Position numbers and translations under genes: made by a program | Notes under the pieces: generated by a model | Databases searched by the model: none | What the model was told of the DNA's origin: nothing | What the model saw: only the letters and a program-made list of their open reading frames with translations | NCBI GenBank assembly: GCA_001655205.1 | Contig: LPNZ01007335.1 | Coordinates: 1-64,000, forward strand | Direction: 5' to 3' | DNA: 64,000 nucleotides | Source: Lenisia limosa | Lineage: Eukaryota; Protista; Breviatea | Shown here: piece after piece, positions 36,389 through 47,915 of the stretch | How positions within the stretch are numbered: the stretch's first letter is position 1 | Layout of the letters: each line of letters opens with the position of its first letter

Positions 36389-39300
36389 CTATGATTCTTC
36401 CAACTCATCCACACACTTTGAAGACAGAAGCTGAAGAGACTCAATCCATGTTTTCTTGTCAGAAACGTTCAGAGCCACGAAATAGACTTCATCAACCTAA
36501 AGAATCAATTTTTTAGTTAACATGAATTTTGGGAAAATAAATAGATATTACATTCTGTGGAAACGCCAACCTGTCCGCTCAACGTCACTGGTTTACCAAC
36601 AACGCCACTTGGGGGGAACCCAACCTGAATTGTCAATGCATGACTCCACCCTTCCCCAACTTGTGTTATTCTTACCTTTTTTTAATATCAACCCCCCCAC
36701 AGTGATAGAAAACGCAAGACCACGAACATCCTCTTCTGTGGCCAATTTCGGCTCGGAGTTGACTCCCAAGACAGAGGCAATTCGACGGTTTCGGCCTTAT
36801 CGGTCAAAAAAGGCACTTTGCAATTAACTCACCAGCCATGGCCTCGCACTGCGATTTGCCCCATGCCACCACGCCCGGGGCGGGGAGAAGGGCCAAATGT
36901 CTGTCATGACGCTTGCCCCGACCTGATTCTGTCAAACATGGGGCTGCACTTCGGAACAAAAAGAGGGGAAATGTCGATGAAATTCCTTTTTTGACGTGGG
37001 GGGGGGGGGTTATGAAAAACTCTGGCTCATATTTTGATACGTTGTGAGGGTTTGAAAACACCAAAATAAACAAAGCCCGGACCAGTCGCTTATGTAGAGG
37101 GGGTATTTGGCGAGCCTCATTGCTTTTTACTTATCCAGCTTACTTCGTTTGGTGTACTTTGACACCATACGGCCGCCCTTGAACCTGGCCATCAGGTCGT
37201 CGAAACGGGATCGGTCGTCTTCCAGCAGATAATCAGCGTACTTCTTAGCGCGTGCTTGCGGCGATGAAGGGGGGCTGTGGACTGGGGTCGTGACTAGAGA
37301 AATGAGTGAATCCAGGTCATGGCAACCTGGAGGAGGAAGTGGACTGGTTTCGCTGATTTTCAGGTTTTCTTGATTAAGCTCCGTCTGACTTTCGTCAAGC
37401 TCAACATCGTGCTGCTCTTCCGGAAGGCTGTCATCCTGGTCCTGGGGGGTATAAATGTGTGTATGGGGGGGAGGGGGTCATTCCGGGTTGTTAGAATCCT
37501 CACTTCAGGAGGGGTGTCATGCAGCGCGGCGCGCGAGGCTTGGGTTGACCGCATATATCGGGGAAGCTCCTTTCTGCCGGGTTAATTGAGAGACTATGGA
37601 AGAGACCCACTCTTTCTTGGCAGCTTTGGTGTCGCCTTGGTTTCTGTCCGTGGTCTTCCTTGACGATCGCTTCAAAGCATCCTGGGCCTAATGGTCAATT
37701 CTTCAGTTTACTCAAAACAAAAACTATTCTCCAGTTCCATCAACCACGATTTACCACCCACCTTTTTCTTAAGCTCAGCGTGACGATTTACCACCCACCT
37801 TTTTCTTGAGCTCAGCTTGACGATTGGCAATGTCATTCTTTTGCTTCTGTTTTGTTGTCGATGCTGGGGTGGTGCCCACCTTACGCCATACTGTGAGGTG
37901 TTAGCCCAGCCTTATATTGTGGGCTGAGGCTGAGGGGGTATTGAAAGTGTGGTGATGGAACACAATAAAGCTGTCAACATGTCATGTAACACCTCAAGAA
38001 CGTTGCAATAGCTAAATACCTTTTTGTTTCCTTGGTGGATGATGTGCTTCAGACTGCTGACTGCTTTTCTATCAAGTAAAGATTGCACCAATGAATGTGA
38101 TAAGCAGACACTTTGATGCCCATTTACTGTTTTGCTCTGAAGTGGCGCTTGCGCCTGCGTATTGCGCCGCGGTGCTACTGTGCCGTGAAGGAAAGCAAAA
38201 TCGGAATGAAGCAAGCTTAATACACCAATACCCCCAACCTGGACTGGCATCAGCCTGAGAAACACTGTCCCAGGGCGTTGCATCACCTTCAGGACTGAAA
38301 GGCGAAGGATTCGCATCTGAGAGTGAGACGCAAGCCTTGCGTGGAGCCTACCGCGGTTGTTTGTTTGCTTCCGAGCCAAATGTCGTCGGATGTCCATTGA
38401 CCGGTCTGGGCCAGCGGCAAAGGGCAGAACACCGTGCCTCGAGGACCCACTGGTACCCCGACCTGAAGGTGTGAACGGCTGCCGTTGCAAAGTGCCTTTA
38501 TTTCATATTTAAGGTACCAATAAACCACTTTTTGAAACTAAAGCAAAATGGAGAAATGGAGAAAAGTAACACCATATTATTTGTTTGTTTGTTTGGGTGG
38601 AAGGGCATTGTTCTCTATCCAATGCAGAGCAGATTTCATTCAAAACCACGCACTTGGAGAATCAACAGCCGGCGGAAGAGGGGGGTCCGCCGCCCAGAAG
38701 TCATCAGGTCCTGAGGATTAGCAAAGGCAAACCTATTGATGTGTAACAAAATTCCAAAATTTCATGAGCTATAAAAATTCAAATAATAAACCCTGTGTCC
38801 CCTTTCAGCCTACCTTGTAAGGACTCCCATAATCGGGATATGGGCCCTGAGGCTATTGAGAAGTTGTCCTCCATATTGGCCCAATCATCAAAAGTTCCTG
38901 GAGTATAACAAAACAGTAACATTCCAATTATGTAGAAGGTTTTAGAAAATTTAGTAGATAATCGAGCAATATCATACCCAAGTTGGCAGTACTGAACTGG
39001 GGGTTGCCTTGGCGTGTGAGGGCAGCAAAAAGAGATGTTTCTTTCTTGTGCTGCTTTCGTGCCAGGCGCCGCAACTATGAATGTCAATAAAAAAGTTGTT
39101 TTCATGTTGATCAAAAACAGTGCTTCCTGTCACCTCATCAACAGAAGAAGCAGGGCCATTTTGCTGCCATTCCTGTGTATCCTCTTCCTGTGTGTGTCAG
39201 ATCAATTGATAAGACAAACCTTGAAGCGAAGGTGAGCAAGCCTTGCCTCCACGTCATCCCACATATTGAAGTCAATTGCGTCACTTGCCTGCAAGGGTCA

Positions 39301-40699
39301 TGCTGTAAATAGCTACGATACAGTAAATATATAGGTATTAACCCCCCCCCCCCCTACTGCAATATAAGGGTTAAATGGTGAAGGTACCCATTTTGACTGC
39401 TGAGAATCCTCTTCAATTCGAGGCTTGGGGGGCTGAACAGGATGCAGTTCCTACAAATTAAGCCTCAATATAGCAGGCAATTCCTTTCACTATCCCAAAC
39501 CCACTTCGACAGACGAGCTTTGCACTTTAGAGAAAGCGGATCCGCCATTCTGTGACAGAACTGCCACTTTTTCTTTCGGTGATTGGAAAGCGACATCCTC
39601 CTTCACTGGCGTGGGGAAGTTGTCATCGTTCTCAGAGGCGACTGGCTCTGTGGGCGGGGCTGCAGGGTTAGAAGCAAAGGGGACTCGCCAACTTGGAAGG
39701 GGTTTGTTGGATTTCGGAGTTGGCGTTGGGGGGAGCGGTTTCGAGGGCANNNNNNNNNNNNNNNNNNNNNNNNNNNNNNNNNNNNNNNNNNNNNNNNNNN
39801 NNNNNNNNNNNNNNNNNNNNNNNNNNNNNNNNNNNNNNNNNNNNNNNNNNNNNNNNNNNNNNNNNNNNNNNNNNNNCATGATAATAAAGTCAACAGAATT
39901 TCCCATTAGAATCTAAGGTGACATCGCAGCAAACCTGTGGAGGGGAAGAAGGCCTTGGAGCCTCAACTCTCGGGTTCAACTCCTCATCGTCGATAGGCAG
40001 TGGGAGCGAAGATGTCGACACAGCTGGCGGGCTTTCAGCCTCAATATTCTCCTGGTCGGCTTGCTCCTTGCGCGCTACCTCCTGGAGAAGACTCAGCTCT
40101 TCGTCCACCTTATTACGCGTTGGAGATATAGGTTCATTGTTCTTAGTTGGGCTTGGGCTTCTTGATTTCTCTTTGACATCCTCTTGTACACCTTGATCGT
40201 GACTGTCACTCTCCTTTGGGTCTTCCTTATCTCGTACCCTTTCACGCTCTTGACGCGCCCGCTTCTCTTCCTTCCGTTGCCTCCTTTCCTCTCGGGATTC
40301 ATCATGCCGACGATGGGATCGCTTAGAATCAGGGCTGTGTCGGCGAGACCGACGCTTCTCACTTCTTTCCTTTTTCTCGGCCCTCTCATACTTGTCTTTC
40401 CTGCGTCTGTCGTCCGGGCTCAGTGAACGCCGGCGATCTTGGGATGAGTCTCTTCTATAGTAGTCATCCTCAGGTGAAGGGCTTCTGTGTCGCTGACGAG
40501 AGCTTCGGTCGCTGTGTGCAGAGGAGTGTCTGTCGTGACGGTTGTGGCGATCATGGGAACTCGAGTGAGAGTGCGAGGGCTTCCTTCTATCTTTAGAATG
40601 TCCTTTTTTAGACCTATGAGTCCGTGGGCGGGAAGGCTGCTCGTTATCGCTGTTCTTTTCATAATCATGATAATCCGGGTCCTCTCGTGAGGAACCCAT
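36389..40699 (-). CDS. RS/RD-rich N-terminus, Pro-rich linker and C-terminal PH domain protein
   Basis: The 269-aa first exon is rich in R/S/D/H. C-terminal exons FKGGRMVSKYTKR..GRGKRHDRHLALL..VVAWGKS..IASVLGV..LAFSIT..DKKTWIESLQLL show the beta-strand and terminal-helix pattern of PLC/Num1-like PH domains. Confidence 0.65.
37746..37825 (-). repeat. 37-nt tandem duplication spanning an exon end and a 5' splice site
   Basis: Two copies of AATCGTCA(A/C)GCTGAGCT(C/T)AAGAAAAAG|GTGGGTGGTA on the minus strand. Confidence 0.85.
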
Positions 40700-40885
40700 C
40701 TTACTTCAAAATAATAACACAATAACTTGTGACAACCTAACCTTATGCAAAATCGCCAAATTTTTATTTTCTCTAAATAAAAAGAGAACATGGGGGTTCC
40801 TCTGTAACACATGCCTTTTCCTTCCCGTGGAGAACAAAGCCTGCCCAGGCACCCAGGAAAGCAAATAAGGAAATAAGGAATCAAT

Positions 40886-43497
40886 ATGACATTAATGGTT
40901 TGACTTAAGTTGGAGTTTATTTTTTAGACCACTGTTTCCGGTGTTAGAGGCATCTTTGGGGAGTCTCTTTTCCCTGAAACTGTCTTTAAGTAAGCTATAT
41001 AGGCCGATGACTAATAGATTTTCTCTTTCTTACTCTCTCCGTTCCTATCAACTTCCTTGCAGAGTTCTCATTGTCTAGGTACGTTACTGCCTTCGGAAAC
41101 TATGTTTCGGAGGTTGAAACAGGAAAAAACATCGTAAGCATTTGGATTCCCTTAATTATATGTTTGTTCTGGAGGATTTCCCCGCAAGTTTTTTCCTCAC
41201 GGTTTTTCCATAGATTGTTGGCCGTGATAGCCGTATTTCAGGCCCCGCTCTTATCCCCATTGCTATTGGCGTTTTACAGGTGGGTTGAATTTCGCCCATT
41301 CCTTCCAACTATTTGCATTTGCCACTCTTATTGACCAGGGACAAGGGTTCAATGTTATTGACTGTGGAATCGTTCCCACCCCCACGGTAAGATTGGTTGT
41401 ACCATGGGAGAAGAATAAAAAAAAACATTGCCGTTTGGAGATTGGAGTATTTTTTTTGAAACAAATGACAAGAATCTTATGTCTTGTTTGTAATTGGAAA
41501 AATATGGTAAACATTTGCGTCCCTCTGAGTGGTTACTCGTCTGAATTGAAGTTGTTGATCTTTGTAGGTACAAATGCTTGTTAAACTCCATAATGCGGCT
41601 GGAGGCCTCATCATCACTTCATCCCACAACCCCAGAGAGTGGAATGGTATGCAGTCTTCTTCCAAGAAATGTGCTAATGTTGTTAGGTTTAAAGTTTGTC
41701 AGTTCTGACTCCATGTTCCTTTCCCCCGAAGGGTAGGAAAACAATGTGACAAGACTAGACTCACACTGTAGATGCAAAAAGGTCTACGCTATGGTTGATA
41801 GTAACACTTTCCGAATGCCTGAAAAAAGTGAGCACCGTTACTCTATCGGAATAGTGTAGATGTAGCTGACCTCTTTAGTCACAGCTGGTAGTGTGACAAG
41901 CATTGAGACCGCCAACGATCAACACATTGACGCGATCTTTGCTCTCAAGGTCATTGATGTGGAATCTATCCGTGCTAAAAGGTTCAAAGTTGCTCTCGAC
42001 ACCATCCAGGGTGGGCTTGACGCAATCCATGTTAATCTAACGTCGCAGGTGCTGGAGGGCCAATGATGACAAAGATCCTTGAGAGATTAGGATGCGATGT
42101 ATGATGAGGGAGTTATCAGCCCAATATGCTTCAATCTGAATCACTGGTTTGACACACTCAGGTTGTTACTATCAATGCAACTCCTTCCGGCGAGTTTGCA
42201 CATACTCCCGAAGTGAGCTACCTCTGCTTCTCTTGTCATTGTTTACCCAAATAGCCTATTCCTGCCAATCTTGGAGATCTCTGCGATCTTGTTAAGGCAG
42301 TTAAGGCCGATATCGGTTTGTGGCTTGAAGTTGGGTCGAAGCCATTCGCTTTCAATCATAATTTGTCCTTACTCGTTGGATGTTTTCACACCCAAGGTAT
42401 TGCTGTTGACCCCGATGTGGATCGCTGTGTGTTGATTGACCAAAACGGCGATCACCTAGGTGAGGAGTATACCCTCGCCATTGCTGTGGATATGTACCTC
42501 AGAAGAACACAGGCCAAGGGATTTGTTGTCAAGAATCTGTCATCTTCGAAGGCCTCAGATGAGGTGGCTGCTCGGTACGGTTGCACCTGTGTCGCCGCCC
42601 CAGTCGGCGAAATCAATGTACGTCCTGGGTTGGGAGGGTAACATTTCTTATGACCATACAGGTTGCCAATGAAATGGTCCGTCTGAATGCTGTCATTGGA
42701 GGTGGGGGGGGGGTTAAGATCAATATATTTCCTGAGTACAGGAGCTATTCACTCCTCCATTTCTCATTGCTGTATATTCACTTCTCCAGGCGAGGGCAAT
42801 GGAGGTGTCATGCTTCCGGATCTGCACATCGGCAGAGACGCTCCTCTTGCGGCTGCTATGGGTATGTTCTGGATATCTATTGACAGCTTCGGCCAGATAC
42901 AACTTTATTTTTTATTTCTCATTGCGCGATTGTGGGATAATTTACGCACCAGTTCTCCAAGCCCTTGCTGATAGTGGTACTTCCATTTCTGATCTGAAGA
43001 GCAAATTGCCCCAATGGTCTATTTACAAACTCAAAGTAGGTTAAGGTTAATGAAATATATGTGACAACGTACTTTACGTCTTAATATTGGCTACATCAAT
43101 TTGCCTTCACCTTGAAGGCACCTCTGAAGGGGATCAAGCCCGAAACCGCAATTGCGAAAATCAAGGCCAAGTGGGAGTCCCAGGTTCTTAGTCTCAATGA
43201 GAAGGTCTGAAAGCGATTCATATCAAACAAATGGTCATGTTCTCTTACCCTGCAGGACGGTCTTCGTCTTGACACAGTTGATTGGTGGGTCCATCTGAGA
43301 AGGTAGGAATAATGATTCTTTTGACTTAACCCCAAAGGTCCAACACCGAGCCCATTATTCGAGTCATTGCTGAGGCTCGTGACGAAGCAACTTCCAAAGC
43401 CATTGCTACTCAGTGGGCTGGATTGTTTTCAACGCGCCACAAAGTAATATGTCAAAGCTAACTGATCAGGTTCATGGAGGAAATTGTCAAGTGTTAA
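40886..43497 (+). CDS. Alpha-D-phosphohexomutase (phosphoglucosamine mutase/phosphomannomutase, bacterial GlmM-like subtype)
   Basis: MTLM|TTVSGVRG, IVGRDSRISG, GIVPTPT|VQ, IITSSHNPREWN|GLKF (phospho-Ser loop), GIAVDPDVDR (metal loop), VGEINV, IGG|EGNGGV, HIGRDA, DGLRLD..WWVHLR|xSNTEPIIRVIAEA. Confidence 0.93.
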
Positions 43498-43620
43498 TTA
43501 GGTACTATTGATGCTGTGTAATATGTATTCTACTGTTCTGATTAAACCAAGACATAACCTGTTGTATTAGCATGAAACAAATGTATTAACCGTAGAAACA
43601 AACATACAACAAGAATAAAA

Positions 43621-46600
43621 CTAAAGCCATGAAAGCTGATCGTACACCGTATCTCTGATCTAAAAAAAGTCAATAAGAGACAGAGAAAGGAAGGTTTCTG
43701 AAGCCTGACTAACCTGGAAGAAATCAGAGCCAAGAGAGCCTTCAACAACCACCTCCTCAGCTGCTGGCTTGGACACTACAGTGCCGGCGCCACAGGCCAA
43801 TACACCCTTCTTGAAGGTCGCCTGGATCTCACGCTTGGCAAGCGCTTCTTTGATTGTCGACAGCTTCGTCTCACCAACAAGCAGCGGCTTGAACGTGAGA
43901 ACATTACTATTAGGTCTTTAGAAGAACCCCCAGCGTACATCATCAGTAGCAGCAGTCTCAACTACCACCAATTCAGGAAGCTTAGCTGTTCTCTGCCTCT
44001 TTGGTTCGGGTTCGCCAGTTTCGTTTTCAAGGGCAATAACGTCTTCTTCCTCCTAGTGGGGTAAAAAGTACCTTTCCATGACACTCCTCCCCTCCATCAT
44101 ACGGGCATTCTGACTGTCGCATTGACAATAGCCAACGAGTAACCACCATCAAACTAAAACGGTCAGTTGGGGCAAGAACAACAGAAGTTAGCATTGATTG
44201 AAAACTGACTTGCTGGAACTGTAAACTGGCCAAGAGCGCAGGATGCACACGCACACGCGACACGAGGGAGTCAGACGTCACCTTCACGACCTCGCCTTGA
44301 CTCGGTACGTTGACGTCATGCAGAGAGGACTGTGCGGATGAAGGCAAGATAGAGTTACACCGAACGACAATCTAGTAGGAATCGAAGAATACTGAGTTCA
44401 TTGCTTGCCCATGCCTACTTTGATACAGTGCTGGCGAAGGGAACCCAGGGAGTCTGAGCTGCCATGCACGAGAACCTAGACATGTCAATACCAAAATAAT
44501 CACTGTACTTCTCATCACAATAACTTGCCACACTTCCTTTTCGCCATCATTACTACACCTTCATACCACTCGGCGCGGGGCCAAAGCGCTCACAACCGTT
44601 CTGATACTCTTGCCATCTGCACGTCCCTCAAGGTCAACGTAATGGCTCTGGGCCTTGATCGCAACAGGAAACTCAACCTGCGTGTTAGTATTACCAGCAA
44701 CTTGGATATGAACACACCTGCTCATATTTTGCTGGCAAGAGGAGAGGGTCGGTCTGTTCCTCGGCTTCTTCAACTGCCATTTCAACATCTTCGTTCTCGG
44801 CGGATTCGGATTGAAACTACTGAGTAATGGTGTGTGTGTNNNNNNNNNNNNNNNNNNNNNNNNNNNNNNNNNNNNNNNNNNNNNNNNNNNNNNNNNNNNN
44901 NNNNNNNNNNNNNNNNNNNNNNNNNNNNNNNNNNNNNNNNNNNNNNNAAGTATGTAGAGATGAGAAATAAAAATAGGTGGTGGTAATATATACAACTCTG
45001 TGCAGCTTTCTGCGTGCCCAAACCTTCTTTTGATCCTCATCCATATAGCAAGACATATCTTCGACTTCACCGTAAGTGTCCGTCATAATAACTGCAGTGA
45101 TGAGAATCAACAGAGAGAGAGATTGACTGAAACAGACCTTTCCTGTCCTTGTATGAGAAAGATGAATAGTTAGCTTCTTCGAGAGCTTCACCAAGATAGA
45201 AGGACACTTCCGCCTGAAATATAAAGATAAGCGTGGGAAATGTAAATGCGAAGTATTTCTGAGACGCACCTACCTCAACGTCAGTGAAGGCACTCTTCAC
45301 AGATAGAGAAGGCATTTCTAAAAGGTGAGTGTGTATTATAATCAAGAAATAATTGCTTCTTAGCATCAGGTCAATGGCCAATTACCATATAGTATACTAT
45401 TAGTACATGATATGCCCCACGAACCAGGAGCTTCTTCCACAACAGTTGTATTGGATTCTTCCGAGGGTTCAGCAGCACCTAAGTTGTCAAGAAGGCAAGA
45501 AATACCCATTAGTATGGGTGAGAACAGACCTGAGGTTCCGACAACCGCCTGCCTTGCAAGCTCCTCTTCAGTCAAAAGAACACGCCGTCTTGACTGAATA
45601 CTCAATTACACAGTCAATGATAATAATATATGTACGAGAAGAAAAAAAAAAGAGCAAAGCACATATATTCAAACAAGTGTCTCACTTCTTCGACCCCAAA
45701 TACTGTAACAACAATGCTTATGATAACATTATAGCCCCATTAAGACCGATTTAAAATACAACAGGTGTTAGAAAATAACAAAGTTCATCAAAATAAAGGA
45801 ACCTCACTTTGAAATGGTAGAGGGAGGGTTTGTGCTTGAGAATGTCGTAGGATGCGGTATTGGGCACGGGAGTTTCGGAGAGGAGAATAAGGTTCTAAGT
45901 AATAAGATATCAAACAATGAATATCCTTAGATGGCAAGACTTACAGCGGGGGAGGTGGCCCATTTGCAGAAAAGATCGAGGGCAAGGGATGGTTCAAGAT
46001 ATACGCCTGATGCAAGACACACCTATGGGGGTTACCAAACTCTAGGTTCATCAAATTCATAATATCACCCCTGGAAGACATCACCCCCCATACCACTGGA
46101 AGACTTCTGGACAGAAACTCAACTTCAGCAACTGATGTGCAAAGTTTCACATTCTAAACTGATAAGTCTGAATAGCTGTGTCAAGTGATAGTTTCCTGAT
46201 TAAAACCAACATACAGGGAGTGTGAAGGGGTTTTCGTTTTTCGTTTCGAACATTTGTGCCATTCGTTCTCCCATCCACTCCAACGATGATCGTGCCTGAA
46301 AAGATCAGTGGTCCAACATGAATGAGCAAAAAAACAATTCTAAAAAATGAGTTCATACGTTTTCAAGAGTTTGTCGAGGGTTATGTGAGAGAATGACGAG
46401 GTGAGCACTGTCGGCCATTTTCTTAATGGACCAAAACTGATCAAGCAGGAAAAGAGTCTCCAAAATGCGACCAGCAGGATCTACAGGAAGAAGAACGTGT
46501 CCTTTTTGTCGGATAGTCTACGAGATTAGGACATGTAAGGCCATACCCTGACGAGGGAGTCGAGGAGTGTGGCACCCCGTTGTTTTCTGGTCATTGGCTG

Positions 46601-47697
46601 AGTGGTGGCATCGCGAGAGTCCGTGATGAGCAGCGATGGTCTGCAGATTGAATGATGATGGGAATTATTGGCAGAAGGATGCTATTATCCGTTGCTGATC
46701 AGAAATAAAACAGAATTGACATTACCTCGACAAAATTTCCAGGAGAGAACCAGAGAGATGATGCTCTCTTTTATGGTCCCAATCCACAGCATACACCACA
46801 TCTTCGGTCTAGTGTGTTAATGACAGTTCACTTTGGTAGTTAATGACAGTTCCCAACATCAGCCACAACCTACTTCTTTACTAATCTTCCACACAGCACC
46901 ACCCAATAAATGACCGGCCGAGAATGGTGTAACTGTAATACCAGACCCTACATCGTAAAGACTTTGGAACAATCAACAATATGAAGCTCGAGTCACGTTA
47001 TACGCTGAATATTTGTATGACGCTAATTTCCGGGCAATCAACAAACCATTCCCAGTGAGCTGTAGAGGTTGCGAGTATTTCATTGTAGTGACAGCAGCAA
47101 ACGCCACCGTAATGTCATCAAGCCCGAAGTCCGAAAACTCTTGGTGCTCAACATGCGAGCGAAGGGCTGTTGAATGAAACAGTTTAAAAATATGTGGTAT
47201 GTCAGCTTGTGCACAGTTGAACCCCATTCATACCATCAGTTGCTGTTATGAGTCCCATATCATGGACAGGAATGGTGCAATAAATGGGAGCCTGAATGTT
47301 AAGAAGTCACTTCAACTGGCAAATACAAACCTTAAGTCCTCGTTTGACAAGATAAGGGAGAGCACCAATGTGGGAAAGAGAAGAGTGAGTAATCAGGACA
47401 ACATCAATAGTGGGGATGGCCTCCAAAACCTAAGAAGTAAACTTGCAATATTGACATGGTATTGACTTGGGATACTGCATGCAGAAGGTTTAGGAACAGT
47501 TGAAGTTGCTTACCATTTCGATCTGTTTTTGTTGAAAGTCAAAGCCCCATCCGCAATCCAAGAGGATACGACATTCATCAACCTAAAAAAGGTGGTTAGA
47601 TTCAGAGTAGGTTTGCTGAGGTTACCTCCAAGAGATAGGAGAAAGGAGAGTGCTCTCCATCAAAGACTAGCGGTGTAAACCGGACCACTGCCGTCAT
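43621..47697 (-). CDS. CPSF2: Cleavage and polyadenylation specificity factor subunit 2 (CPSF100)
   Basis: MTAVVRFTPL..YLLE|VDECRILLDCGW, FSDFGLDDITVAF..MKYSQ, EWMGERMAQMFETKNENP, RRVLLTEEEL, C-terminal GVLACG..VVVEGSLGSDFFQ|IRDTVYDQL. Confidence 0.92.
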
Positions 47698-47824
47698 TTT
47701 AAGTTTTTTTTTATATAACTAATGTGATAATCTTGTCTCTATCCGCATAAAGGTTTTTTGTGATTTTTATCCCTTATTTATAGAATGGCGTACACGCGAC
47801 CTCTCTTATTAAAACCAAAAAAAT

Positions 47825-47842
47825 CCCACGTTGATCCCACGC
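47825..47842. promoter_or_regulatory. Tandem CCCACG motifs in the CPSF2/LCP5 divergent promoter
   Basis: ATCCCACGTTGATCCCACGC with 11-nt spacing; reverse complement of the GCGTGGG motif at 19348-19378. Confidence 0.35.
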
Positions 47843-47915
47843 AAAACTAACATCTATCCTTTCGTATCATCAGTGTGTCCATATATACGTATTACAAATA
47901 AATAATATATATAAT

